Positions 37,301 through 50,826 of a DNA stretch of 64,000 nt are shown here, in pieces (within the stretch, counting starts at the first letter, position 1; every line of letters begins with the position of its first letter). Under the pieces are notes generated by a model that saw nothing but the letters and a program-made list of their open reading frames with translations, was not told the DNA's origin and made no database searches. Source of the DNA: Pelomyxa schiedti (lineage: Eukaryota; Protista; Evosea); NCBI GenBank assembly GCA_020536535.1, contig JAHLWZ010000526.1, forward strand, positions 96,843 to 160,842, written 5' to 3'. A program made the translations under genes and the position numbers.

Positions 37301-38776
37301 CTTTTTGCCTGGCCATAAGCTCATCGAGAGATACACCAAATACCTTTGCTTTGGTCTTTCAGATGTATTAGCACAGTTACAGTGGTAGAATTAGCACCTT
37401 TTTCTTTTGCGACAATGAAAACCACGATTTCGATTTTGCTTTTTCTGAAGGAATCGGGATGACTAGGTCAGACTGTATTTTACGAATTTTTATGAGTGCG
37501 AGAAATACATTTACTGTACCTTGTAGTTGTCAAAATTGAATAATTGTGGCAATGGTTGTCGTGAGGACCATTTGTTGAGAAATGATTCCACCTCGTCACT
37601 GTATGGAATGCTGTTCATTTCCTTAAGTGCATTTGTTGCCTCTGTCTGCTTTGGCAGCAGCTCAAGTAACACCTTTGTTTATTTTTAAATCGTTGAAGTT
37701 GAAAATGAAGAGTTCTACTTGAAAGAATTTTGCAACATGTAGATTTTGAAAGATGGCTCTTTTTTCGTCTAATTTCTGCAAACCCTAAAGGAGAATTTTC
37801 AATGGATGCTGTTATTTAAGAGTTGTACTTCGAGAACACGCTTATTCTCCTCTAAATATCTATGGATATGAGTTCGAGAGTGGAGACATTATGAAACAAG
37901 CTTACTTGAGTTGTGCCGTATTAGTATCATCAATTTGCATCCGAAACTCTTTCAAGGATTTGAGAAGCTCTTGGTTAATTTTTTGAAGTTTCTGCTCAAG
38001 GTAAGACAATGAAGACAAGCACTCAAGTAACTTTTTGCGCCTCTGGTTTCTGGGACTCATTTTGTTCGTCCCAGTCACGTGAAAGTTTCATGCACACTGC
38101 CTTGATCTACAAAAAAGGTAAGAGGCCATTAGTTCTCTGGATAAAACCTTTTCCAATTTTGTGATTTGAGTTTTATATTCTACAACATTTTTGCTACCAT
38201 CAGCAGCAAGCTGAAAAATACTTTAAAGGGCAAAGACATAAAGATAGACGAACTTGTTTAAAGTTAGCTTTTAACTCAGGCAGTGTATCTTTTAGAGGCC
38301 GATACACCTTGGAATCGAATTTTGTTAGAACAGGCTCAGGTGCTTATGAGTTCACAGTACCTTGGTAAACATATTTTCAGTGAGGTCTCTTGACCATCTT
38401 GAAGCAGCCATTGTGTGTGTGACAACTGACTTGAGTGGTCCAGTTTGGAGGTTCGGAGGTCTACAAGCGTATTTAAGGTCACAAGGACTTGCAGGGTGAA
38501 GAAAAGGAAAAAAAAAGTCATAGTACAAGGTGGTGAGGTGCTCTTCAAAATGTCTTGCAATTGACCCCAACACCTTGGCGTGTTCCTCCTCGGCTTTGGC
38601 CAGATCTCTGGCATGTTTCGTGAATCCCTTATACGCCTGAATGCCGCTAAGGACGAGTTTGCACACTCCGTCGCAGTCATCCTAGACACACAAGAAGTAC
38701 CACAATCAACAATGGCTGGGTAGGGTAGTCGCTGTTACGGCCAAATACATACCCACATGCACTCCGCAAACGACAT
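34315..38776 (-). CDS. F-BAR (FCH) + RhoGAP protein, MEGAP-like, with a long C-terminal region
   Basis: MSFAECMWDD FCH start and helical coiled coil, then VFGVSLDELM, EGIFRVPG, LLKQFIRELP and TKMAADNL. Confidence 0.88.
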
Positions 38777-38991
38777 GGTTTGTTTCGAATTGTGCAGATC
38801 TTGATTATCGGAAAACACGGATGCAGGGAATTGATGCCACTCCCGCCAGTTCGTTCTTGGATCCTTTGTCGTGTGCATAATATGCCATAAAGTGTGTAAA
38901 TTAAAAGTGTTTAGAACCCGATATCATAGGCCCCTTGAACGGCCGATGATCAACAAATCAAAACTAAAAAGAAAGAAAGACAGATCTCGTT

Positions 38992-41900
38992 ATGTCGGCG
39001 TCTGATGTAGAGGTGTGGCGGGAGAAAGGGAGTACGAAAGTGCTTGTTGTTTTGTGATCTCAATCTACTACAGGCGGACCGAGTTGCTGCCTGGCTTCTC
39101 GAGAAGAATTTCTTACTCACGTTGTTCCTCCTTCGTGCTTTTTTTTGCCTGTATTTGTGTTAACGTCGTGCAGTGCTCTCGAGTTACGTCAAGAGCTTCT
39201 TGAAACTGATTCTCAGGCACCTCCCCTCCGTCTGCATTGCTTTACAAATTCTCACCGTTAACGGTCAGGTTCCCCAGCCATTGGTGCAGGCTTTCGACCC
39301 GTCGAAGTTACCAAGGGGTCCTTCTGTTATATCCGAGGCTGCTTGTAGTTTTCTTTCTAATTTTATAGTCACTTGTTGTCTCACACTTTTGCAGCAAAAG
39401 GCCACGTTCGATCCCCAAGTGGTTCATCCAATCCCATCGTTACTCCAACAGCGAATTCTGTACCAAATTTGACAAGGCAGCTTAAGGAGAAAGATGAACA
39501 GCTGGCTCTGGTACGATACCAGTTGAGGTTCGATTTCATGTCCCAAATTCTTTCTTGTTATTGATGCAATTCACCTAATAGTATTGCACAAGAGGACCTT
39601 AAAGAACTCAAGCAACAGCTAGTTGCAGCCTCACAACACAACAAAACGGCCGTCGAGTCAACTGTGGGTACAACAAGTACCACCTCAGAGACGCAGGGAA
39701 ACCAAACTGAGGTTGACTGGGTTTTTTTTTGGTTTTAGCGTATTAAATAGAATCAGATAGCACCTATTGAACCACAGGAGTTTAATGTTTTGAACTACAT
39801 TATTGAGAAATATCTCCGGCAAAACAATCTAAACCTCACAGCCATAACTTTGGCACAGGAGGTGAGTTCACCCCCATTTCCAAGCTAGAATGATTGAATA
39901 AAGGCTGGAAGTGATCTTGATAACTGGGAACAAATTGGAGTTAAATCCACTCAGCCACCCAACCTCCTTGCTCTCAGTCGTTTTTACTTCAGTAAAAGTA
40001 AAGATGTTTTTCTTGAATACCAGGTCTGTAATCATGGGAGTCTTTTTTTATGGTTCAGAACCACCAGGCAAGGCTGGAATCCAGTGAAAGGGAACGCAAT
40101 GTCTTACAGCATCTTGTCAATGATACCAAAGAAAAACTTGTTCAATCTGAAAATTCCGTTTTGGTGTTGAAAAAAGAAAAGCAAGATCTCCAAGCCAAGG
40201 TATGTTGAAGTAACCTATTTGTCATTAAGTGGTCCAGTTATTAGAATCTTTGGAAGAGATAAAAAGAGCTACATTTGGGGCTTCACTCCCAACTACAACA
40301 GGTGTGGTTCTCATTCTTTTTTTTCCCTATTAACTTGTACCTTTCTCTGAAGCACATACTGTGGCTGTGGAGCAGAGACCCCTAACTACAGAAGTACCAC
40401 AACCAAGTAGTGGCCCCACTGTCAGTGCAGCTGCACCGCCTGCAGCAGAAAAGCCTGTCTCCTGGCAATTAAAATACCGGGTATTTGTTTTTTTATTTTT
40501 CCCCTCTTGAGAAATCTTATGTATAATTCCAGAATTCTAGACGGGAAAAGAATAGTGTGGAAATACGTAATGTCATGAAATCTGATGGCACCTCCCGTAT
40601 CTCTCAAGCAGTACAACTCTTTCAATGCATCCCTTGTCACTTAGTGTATCTAGGTTAAACTTATAGGGGATTCCAGTGAATCCGATAATAAGACAGCAGT
40701 TCTATTATTTGCTGAGTGTTTGCCAAATATTGTTCCAAATGTGCTTTTCAGTAAAAGAGACGTAGGCCACTTCTAACGATTACACCCCTCTAGCAGAGGG
40801 GTGTGACATACCTAAAATTATCTAAATTATTTCTCAAGGAGCTCATTCCTGTTCTGCTTTGTGTTATCCGTAGTCATCCAGAGCAAGACGTTCGTTTTAA
40901 GCTATCTCGTTTGGTACCGTTTTAGCCATTTTCTGTGCCTAACATCACACAGTTGTTTAATTTCATCAAACAACCCAACGAACTTCAAAGAAGTATTATT
41001 ATGGAGGGGTGTGTCTCTCTAGCGAGCCTCATCGGCCCTTCAAGAACGATGTCTGAACTCCTAAATCACTGCTGGGAACAGGTTGTCATTTTGGTTTTTA
41101 ATTTCTCACTTTTCCTTTCACCTCAGGTATCAGCTAAACATGAGGAAAGAAGGATACTAGTTGCAGACTCATGTGGGTCACTTGCTCCTTATACCAATCC
41201 CGATATACGACCCACAATCATTTATTCTATTCTACAAAAAGTATCTCCTCCCCATTGCTTCCTGAAGTCCAACAAAAGTGAAAGTTGATTGAAGATAAAT
41301 CCCCTGCAGTTCGAAGTGCTGTGACAAGAAATTTTGGAGCCCTGGCAACGTACCTAAAGGATTCAGAGAAATATCCAACTGCAAGTGCTCTCTGATGTGA
41401 CTATTTCTAACATAGCTCTAAGACACAAGATATCCTCGTTCGTTTCCTCAAGGATTCCGACCAGGGAGTCGTACAAAGTACACAAAAATATCTGCTTCCT
41501 GCAGTGGCCGATTGGGCAGATGTAGAAAATATCCTTACTCATCCAAATGGTTTACTCTCCTGTTTGTTATCTGACATTCATACGACTCTCACTGTAAGCT
41601 AATTTTTACCCACGCACCTAACTTGAGAAGAAAGCAGGGGCTGGCAGTGCAGATAAACCTATAAGTGACTCCGTTGTTCATGTTGTAGACATATTCATCA
41701 CATCATTTTCTGCGTGTGTCCCCCATTTGCATGAATATGTTTTACTCTCAGTTCCGGGAGCTGCTGCTCCACCTGTACATGTTCTAACCAGATCACTTTC
41801 AAGTACTTACTTTCACTCAGGATATTGTAAGTGGGACTCTTGACAAAGAATTTAAAGCCACACTCGTGGAACAGTTGAATACCTTTTTGCTAAGAAATGA

Positions 41901-43421
41901 ACACCCTCCCAATGTACCAAGATCTGGCATTGAGCCATTAGATTGGCTCACGAACCATTGTATTACCAAGTATTTCCTCGAGAGGTGGAAAAAGCGTGTT
42001 AACGTACTTGTAGATTAATTGAAATTGTGGATATGACACCAACAGGGGACTCACCACTTTTACGGTCAATTATAAAAATGATGTCATCAGTCTCCAAGTA
42101 TATGCTTCTTTTTTTTTTGTTCCCATTTCTTACTTTTTCCCAAGATCATTTGGCCAAGCCTTCACAAAGAAAGTTCTAATGCCACTCTTCAATGCTGCCC
42201 TGATTGCGGAACTTCCCAAAGAGAAATCTTCCCTTGATGGTATGCTACTATTTATGGAGGAAGTTCTGCTCATTTCTCATTAAAAAAAAGTAAATCCTAG
42301 AAAATCACGCCTTTTGCCTGTTTATCTCTGTAGCATTATTGCAAACATTGGTGATGAAGTTCTTATTGGAACAACTCGCGACTTACTTCAAGCCATGGCG
42401 GACAAGACATCTGGATGGAATCACAACCACTTCCCAGCCCTAAAAACTGCTGTCATTATGCTTTGGTACGCCATTCTTCATAAATATGTACATTTTGGAC
42501 TTAATGGATTTTCTCCTGTAAGCACCAAGAACAGCGAAAAGCAGAATGTTGTGATGTCTATGTTGCATGAACTGGCAAGCAGCAGAAATGCGAATGTTAG
42601 AGTCTATGTTACATATCTTTGTACTGCAGTGGTATGAAGTTTCTACAGTTGCCACATGTCATAACGTGTGAAAGATACCCTTAATACAACCCCCCGAGCT
42701 CGTGATGACACATATTGTTCCTTCACTCATCACACTGTCATCTGATCCAGAGCGATCTGTTCGGAGGGGATGTATTGCAGCACTTGGTGCAGCATCCATC
42801 TGTCCTGTTCCCCCTGACAATAAGGAGATTGGGAACAAACTCGTAGCTGCTCTTCAGGTATTAGCAGAAGATAGAGCGGGCGTGATGAGGCTAGAGCTTT
42901 GCCAAACATTCAGGAATATTATACCGTATGTCTCAGACAATTTTAGAGCATGTATTTCCCACGTAACTCAACTTGCTGTCTCATTCTGCTCTCCAAGTCA
43001 TTTTGAAACAGCTTGTAGCCATAGCAGCAGGAAATAATGAAGCCAAAGTTGAGAAAGAACGAGGAGAAACTGGTCAGGCATTATTTGAAGCATTTCGTGC
43101 CTTCAATGGCTGCAGTATGATTTTCTTGTGCAATAAAAATTATGCACACTTTTTCATTCAGCTGTCGATGAGGATGCTATTGAAAAGTTCATCCTACCAG
43201 GCTTGAAATTCCTCTTGAATGATACCCCCTACATGGAGTCAGGCTTCAAACCACTGATTACGAACATGATATCAGGTACCTCCCACTCCCTAGTTGAAAT
43301 GATTCATTTTACCATTTTACCACCAGAACTGGATGCACTGATCCACCCCACACAACCTGGGACGGGGACAAAATCCACCAAGACATGGTCCAACATCCTC
43401 AAATTTTCAAAAAAAACTTAG
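38992..43421 (+). CDS. RELCH: RELCH/KIAA1468-like LisH, coiled-coil and HEAT-repeat protein
   Basis: AAWLLEKNFLLTALELRQELLE, second LisH YLRQNNLNLTAITLAQE..DLDNWE, CLPNIVPNVLFSKRDELIP, LFNFIKQPN, CWEQVSAKHEERRILVADSCG. Confidence 0.88.
41381..41422 (+). other. GC-AG intron (42 nt) in RELCH
   Basis: ACT|GCAAGT...CTAAG|ACA. It contains an in-frame TGA, and no GT donor restores the frame. Confidence 0.8.
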
Positions 43422-43492
43422 AGTTGACTGTAGGAGTTGTTCTTTTTTTTGTTATATCATCAGCTTTTACTACAAAAAACCACCAAAATAAT

Positions 43493-46153
43493 CTACAGGT
43501 GTGTAGAGACAACAGAGTTCAAGAGTTGCTCAATCCTTTCGTTGTTGTTGTTGATTGTTGCCTTGAGAGCCAGAATCTTTGCTCTCTGATTTGCTATCTG
43601 TTGGTCCTGTTGTTGTATGCGCGCATGATACGGCTGCAAAGCTGCCTTCATTGCTCTGAAAGACAGAATTGTCACTCAATGTTTTCGTTTTAGATTTTAG
43701 TTACTATGATTTTTAGGTTGATAGGGGGGTATTATTGGTACCGTTCTTGTGCCTCCATTGCCTGGGAGTATGTCTCAGAGAGACGACGCCAAGAGGCAAG
43801 TTGGGTGTCCATGGCATCAATGTCCTCTTGAAGGTAGTCCATTGCTCGGCCTAGGGGTTGGACATTTTGGCAAACGCCTTTGATGTTTTCCCCTAAGGCG
43901 GTGAGCTGAGAGTGTAGCAGTCAGTGAGTTTGTTGGGAGCTAATGGGAAGAGTGTAGTGTAACTTTGTTTGTTTTGGTTTGATTTTCAAACATACATCTT
44001 TTTTCATTTTTTCCCGTTTGATTTCTGCTGCACCAGCGGACCTTTTTTGTGTTGGGGACTTGGTTCCTGGTGTCTAGTGCTTGGGTTACTGTTAAAAGGT
44101 AATTTGGGATTCTCACATTGGATAGTTCATTTACAGTATTAAGTGTGTCCCAAACAACTCCTAGCAAATCGTATGAGGGACGAAAAAGGGTTTAGGGAGG
44201 AAACCCTTGGTGTCCAACATTTTCTGTGATATGGGAACTGAGGAAGTCTGTTGAATACTATCTGTGTCAGTGGATGTTGGAACTTCAATGAATGCCCGGT
44301 CGTCTTCTTGGTCGCCAGCATTTTCTGAAACAATTCCGGTAGCATTTCTTTTCGCGAATTTGGGAATGGCTCAGCTTAAATAAAGAGAGATACTTGCTAA
44401 TTGTAGGAGTAGAACTTGTCTTCCCAGACAAGGTACGCTCTTTTCCAGATTGTGTCCTCTCTTTTCCTGAAGGTGTTCGTTCTTCATTTGCTCTGAAATC
44501 GAGTTATGAGTGTAAGGTAATGATGCCTGTACCTTGCGGCATTTTGAGGGTTTTCGTTTGATTCCAGTGGTTGGTGTGGAACTGGCTTTGGAGGTTGTGC
44601 TGTGATCTGTTGAGGCTGGGATGTTCTGGCTTGTTGGGGTATTTGTTGTTGAGGCACCTGTTGTTGACGAAGTTGTGGTGGGGATATTTGTGGTGAAGGT
44701 GCTCGAATAACAGTTGCTGGTTGTGACAACTGTTGAGAGGAGAGTTGTTGAGGTTTTGGAGAAGGGGAGCGAATCACAGCAGGTTGTTGAGGTGATATTT
44801 TTAATGTAGCCTGATTCTGACCTTGGGGATTTTGTCTAGTTTGTGGTTGGACTTGTTGTTGCGGTACTTGTGATTGCTGTCCTTGTAGTTGTTGTGCTGG
44901 GGGGGGTTGCCGCTGTGTCTGTTGTTGTGCAGTTTTCTGCTGTGCTTGCTGTTGTGTTGCAGTTGTTGGAGCAGGTGTAGCCTGAAGGTTTTTGGCAGGC
45001 AGTGAGTTTTGTGATTGCTGTGGGCTGACATTTTGTTGGGGCTGCTGCGGTTGAGGGTGCTGCACCTTTACCGTTTGTGGACTTTGTTGGGTTAGTGGCG
45101 TTGCCACTGTTGCCTGGTTTTGGGCAGGGGCAACTGCCTGTGGTCTGGAAGGTTGTTGTTGTTGTGCCGGTTGTGGAGACGCTCTATTTACAGGTACTTG
45201 GGTTTGTTGAGTAGTCTGTGGTGTAGCCACAGAGTTTTGGGTTTGAGGGGGAGATTTCAGAGATACTTGTGGTTGGGACTGTGCCGCAGAGGGCTGTTGA
45301 GCGGTTGGTTTTTGGGGTTGTTGTGAGACTGGTCTCTGTGGTTGAGGCTGTTGTGGAGTTGGTTTTTGTGCTTGTTGGGGTATAGGTCGCTGAGGTTGAG
45401 GCTGAGCAGGTGCAGTACTGGTTTGTTTGGGTGGGTTAGAGGATGCAGAGGTGGTACCTGGTGGCTTCTGTAGGGGAAAAAAGGCATAATAAGATATTAG
45501 AAAAAAGAAGGTCTGAAAAACCTCTGTGGCAGGCTTCACCGGTTGTGGTCTCCTTGGTTGTGAATTCTGGTACTAAGGGAGAAATTTATTAGGGAGAAAA
45601 ATATGTCATGGAAAAGAGTACTTGTGCGGCGTTGGCCGAGAGGACTTGCAAAAATCTCAAAGTCTTGGGGATTTCCTGTCCACCAACAATCATTTTTGCA
45701 CTCACTACATTTTGTTGTCCACTGTCACGCTCCACCTTTGTAATAACCTTTTGCAAGAAGTCTATCTTGTGCTGCTTGTCCAAGGACTACATACACATAA
45801 TAAGATGGAAGTAACGAGAGAGCAACAATTCGGAGATAACTACGTATTATATTATAGCCCTAATAGGAGAACAAAAACCGAACCACATTCGCCAGGTCCC
45901 TGTCCGCGGCAGTCAAAATATCCTCGAGATATCCGGTGGATTTCATCACAGCCACAACGACAGGGTGGACAACCTTGAAGGGCGGCCTCGTCAAATGCGC
46001 GGCACCTAGCTTGACCTTCCCTCCCATAACCCCAGACAGCGCCCCCAGTGTATTTACAACAAGCGGGTCGTCCTCGGCCAACCGCGGGTCATCGTCCTTG
46101 TTGGCGTTTGCATTTGGTGGTGCCGGTGTGTGCCTGTTGTCGGCTGGACGCAT
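43493..46153 (-). CDS. IFT54: IFT54 / TRAF3IP1 (MIP-T3) intraflagellar transport protein with a long Q/P-rich linker
   Basis: CH domain LTRPPFKVVH...STGYL...KIDFLQKVI...KMIVGGQEIPKTLRFLQ; C-terminal coiled coil VQPLGRAMDYLQEDIDAM...KATINNNNERIEQLL. Confidence 0.92.
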
Positions 46154-46346
46154 GCCGTAGTTACGAAGAGTAAAATCAAAGTAATTAAATTAGGGAAAAA
46201 GTTTTTTGGGTTTTTTATCAGTGATACATAAAGACAAATTTCACAGAATAATGCTGTCACATGATGGTACATAGGTAACAAAAAGCAGTCTCAAGATATG
46301 AAACACACTCATAGGGGAGGAGAAATGCAGGGTGGAGCACCGCGGA

Positions 46347-49300
46347 TCAGTAAAACTGCTGTGGCCCCAGCTTGCCGGTTTTCTCTATGCGTGTAATGAT
46401 GTGCTTTGCATAAGTCACCTTACGCAAAGCTGGGATGTGTGGCTTAATCTTGCTGATCAGGATGTCTCTTTGATCTTCTGTGGCAATGTCCAGTAATTTC
46501 TGAACCACATAGTTGGCAAAAGCATCCTTCACCATGATTAGCATAGGTGCCCCGTCTTGTCGTGGTCCCAATAACTCCATAATCAGGGCTGACCGCTCAG
46601 AAGGATTCGCGAATTGTACGCATTTCTCAACAACGTTACTGATGTAGCGTCAGTGAGTTGTGGTGGGTTGTAAAGTCCTTACCTGGCAAACTTATGTTGA
46701 CTCAACTGCACATACTGTCCAGCTAATTGGGAGATGATGCGTGATTTTTGGTCTGGTTGCCCATGCTCCAAAATATGCTGGATAACGTAGTTGCCATATT
46801 GATCCTGCACTAATATTGGGATATAATTGAGAAGTTCCTCAAGTATAGGTCTCTACTAATATGTTGGAGAAAGAATGGAGAAACACAACGATTACCGTTT
46901 GAACTTCACTGCAGTGCTCTAGAATTCTTTGGATAACACGGCAACCATAGGGATGCTGAGCAAGGTTTCCTACCTGGCCTCGGAAGGAGTCGACAATGAA
47001 CTGAATGTGTTCCGGTCGAACACATTCAATGCACTTTTGAATTACATGATTGCCATTTTGATCTTGCACGCATTTAAGTACTTGACCTGTGCTTTTGTCA
47101 TTCCGTTTCTTAAAGGCACGCACAAACCGTCAAGCTCTCTCACGATCTGTTCTTGCATGTTAACATCAACATGCTCAAGGGCTTTTTGAATGACTCTACA
47201 TCCGTACATTTGTACAGAAAGGGCAACAACTGATCCTTTGAGAGCTTGTGCTAGTTGCTTACGTTGCTCCTCCGTACCTTTTTATACAGTTATTTGAATT
47301 AAATGCCAGGAGTTCAGAAATAACCATGCTCAAAGAATTTCTGAATAACATAATTTCCAAATACGTCGCTTATCAAAGACTGTGCACCCAGAATTATTTC
47401 TTTAAAAACAAGCTGCTTTTCATGCGCACTACAAAGGAGGTAAGACGGTTAAATTTTCTATGGAAATAATCACGTTGCAGATTCAAGTTTTTGTTGAATA
47501 AATCGAGAACCATGCTGGTCCTAGAGCGCAGTTACGAAGGGAAGAAAAAACCGCAAGGCCGCACCTGTGATACTTCAGCAACGTGTCCAATTATATCCTG
47601 TTTTTACCATCACACAAAGGAGAAGTAGAATTGGTCATACCCCAAGAGAAAAATTGCGTCCTTTGTTACTTCGTAATTCATCCAAGAAAGAGCTTGTGGC
47701 AGGAATAAAGTTCGCAGGCTCCTCCCGTCCCCAGGCTGTTAACAGTTGATGTTATTAGCAGGTGGTAGAAAAGAGGTTTCAAAACCAAGATCTTTACGAG
47801 GGGGGAATGCAGGCCGAGGGTACTGCGGTACTTCAATTCCTTGTGAACCCTATATGTAATGTTACCACAGGGGGGAGGATGGGGCGTAATACACACCCTG
47901 TGAATCACTATGTCGATGGGTGCGATAGGTGTTGTGGGCGGCCCCATAGGCGTGTACACATCATGTGGAGTCGCAGTTACAGGAGGAAGTCGTATCGGAA
48001 GAGGATCGCGCGGTAATACATTAGGGGGTGTTGATGGGTAGGCCTGGTATTGATGACCAGGTGATGGGTTCAGAGGCTTACTGGGGAATGTCGTAGCTGG
48101 AATTGAAGGGGGGGGGCTGTATGGCGTATAACCACCCTGGGGAGGTGCTTCAGGAAAATACGTCCCAGGTGGGACAAAATTGGGTGGAAGTGCACTGGGT
48201 TGCTGTAAATATGTTAGATTCCCCACGGCATACAATTCAAACCTGGTTCTCGAAAGACAGCCGTGACATGTTGTCCTCCAGGTAAGTTATTTCATACCCC
48301 GTGGTAGTGGGAGTAGGCTGATATCTAAAGTTACCAGGGGGTGTGGGATCAGGAACCCACAAGGGAGGCTGTGCAGTTGGTTGTTGTGGAGTAAAAATTG
48401 TCTGAGGAGGGGAAAAAGGGGGTCCCGTCTTGAAAGGCTTTCCTGTTGGCATCTGATTAGCTAAGGGGTTCGTCATTGGTTGAATTGGTGGAGTAGCAGT
48501 GGGTACGCGTTTCTGGAAAGGGGGAAAAAGGAAAACGGTCACTCAAATATAAAACGAAACAAGCTGCACCTCGGGCTCTTGACCAACGTCCGGCACAGAA
48601 TCTCCATTAGAGCGCACCTTTTGGTACACCGGTGATGGTGTCCTGGGGAAATCATGTTGAATTTTTTCCAAAACCTAGTGAGGTGAGGAAGAAACATATG
48701 TACTTCCAGAGGGTCAATACAGATTTTGGTTGCACAGAAGCTGTAGTGGGAGAGCCATTAGAATCAGGGTCAAATCCCCACACTTTGTTGTCCTGCCTTG
48801 GTGGCTGCAAAAGGTAAATCACTCTATGGATAAAATAAAAAGTACCATTGGCTTGGCTGGGGAGTTTGCACTTCCACCAACAACGAGCACTTTTTCCTTT
48901 CGTGGTTCTAAAGCAGTAATACTAGCGCCTATCCTTGAATCAGGTTGCCAATTCCAGGCTGCTATGGGTGGGGGAAGGCGATGATCTATGGGCCTACGCG
49001 AGAAGTAGTATTGATGGTAGACGGGATCCTTGTGTTAAATTAATGACAGGTTGTAATTGAGAAGTGCGACCATGCGAAATTCTTGAGAGGTCAAGTCAGC
49101 ATAAATTGGGTCAGGCGTGTGCACTTGCTACAAGAAGGTTAAAAACAAAGCAAAAAACCACAATCAGAAATAGTAAGGCGTGGAGCATTTACGCACATCA
49201 GGAACCAAAGACGGGGGTGCAGAAGTGCTTCGTTGCACCAAATCACCTCTGAAATCATGCTCATCACCAAGAAGATTCACGGGTGGGGGCCTTCCACTAA

Positions 49301-49466
49301 CCAAGCGAGTTGTGTGTGGCGAACTGGGAGTCTTTGCCGTGTTATTGGCAAGGGAGGTGTTACGCGGAGGGGTGTTGTGGACAACGGGAGATTCGTTATC
49401 GTCGTCAACAATGCTAGAAACCCACCGCATTGCGTTGTTTGCGGTGTTTCCTTGTGGCTCCACCAT
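46347..49466 (-). CDS. Pumilio-family (PUF) RNA-binding protein with 8 repeats
   Basis: [58 protein letters not shown] and DAFANYVVQ; Pro-rich N-terminus. Confidence 0.95.
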
Positions 49467-49914
49467 CCACCCCTTGTGGTCCTGCGTTTGTGTTGGTTTT
49501 ATTTTTTTTTTTTATTCTTTTTGTGATGGTTCGAGATCTGATTTTTTTATGTTTTCTTGCTTTTTTTTTAGGAATTCAAACAGCCAACACAGTTTGAAGT
49601 GCCAACCGGCAATTAACGCCAAGGCAGGGCAACACTGAGAAAAAAGAATAAACAAATAATCAACAGCAGTCGCAGGGAAGGACAACGACTTACGGTGAAG
49701 CTCCAATCCTTTCTTGTTTCACATGTAGTTTTGCCTTCCCCGAAAGACTGATGCCTCTCGAAGAGGCTGGACCAAGCATAAAAAGAATAAAATCAAAACA
49801 TAGACCAAAGAAAATACAAAGGAAAGAAAGATTGACAAGAAAACTGTTTTATTTTTCTTGACCTCCTAGAAATACCAGGACAAGAGGAGAATGGAAAGCA
49901 TCTAGGCTCCTATC

Positions 49915-50565
49915 TCAATAGCCGGTGGCGCCGTCACCCTCGGGTGCGGGCTCGTCAACTGGGGCATCTGTTGGTGTGTCAACTGGGGCATCCGCTGGTG
50001 CTCCCTCTGATCCGTCGGCTGGGGCATCTGCTGGTGCTCCCTCGCCTGTGCCTCCCTCGACGGCTCCGAATGTCTGAATTTGGGGTTTGCCGCCGGTTCC
50101 CTTCTGGACTGTGCCGAGGCTCTCAGCGGTTCTCCTTGGGGCGTCTGTTGCGGTGAAAGGGGATTGTGGGTTAGAGGGCTGTTGTTATCTAGAGATATAA
50201 GAAGAGGGAAAGTACTTGTGGCGTTCTTGATGGCAACACTGTCGGTAACTTGGGTGGCCTTGGCCTTGGGGACGTGGAGGGCGCAGTAGATCTTGCCATC
50301 AAGTCCCTTGAAGTTGGTCAAGTTGAGTTTCAGTTTGCATGTCTCGCCTGTCAAAAGAAAAAAACCCGTTAATCCTCACTCGTCACTAAAGCAAATAGAA
50401 AGGAAAGAGAGAAAACGAGTTGGTGGAGGAGCAAAAGTTACGATACGAAACAAAAAAAAAAAATATACATTTGAAGCAGTCCTTGTGGTAGGTCTTTTCG
50501 ATGGCGTTGAAGGACTCAAGGGGATAGGCGGTCTTTGAGCAAATGGCGCACTTTGCTGACGGCAT
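49915..50565 (-). CDS. Single-LIM-domain protein with an acidic repeat tail
   Basis: CAICSKTAYPLE...YHKDCFKCETCKLKL...IYCALH; two GT-AG introns; tail EGAPADAP/DAPVD repeats. Confidence 0.92.
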
Positions 50566-50826
50566 TTTAGCGTTATTCGCTTGTCGCTTGGCTTTTCGGT
50601 TTGGTTTTTTATTTGTTTTTTTGATATTTTGTTCCTTTGTTGTTAAAAGCTTTTTAATCCGGTTTCAACGAAATTTCATCGTCCCTTGACGTGGTCCCCT
50701 TCTTCAATTGCTTCGATTAAAAAACAACCCTTGAGCAGACAGACCCAATTATGTGGCCAAGTATAGCCTCGGTGTACAGATCTGGCGATAGATGATTCTA
50801 TTCTATAATTCAAGGTTCGTTTTCGC

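Noticed and set aside
46347-47600. Novel RNA specificity in the Pumilio protein
   Set aside because: The base-contacting residues of all eight repeats match the canonical PUM pattern for UGUAnAUA.
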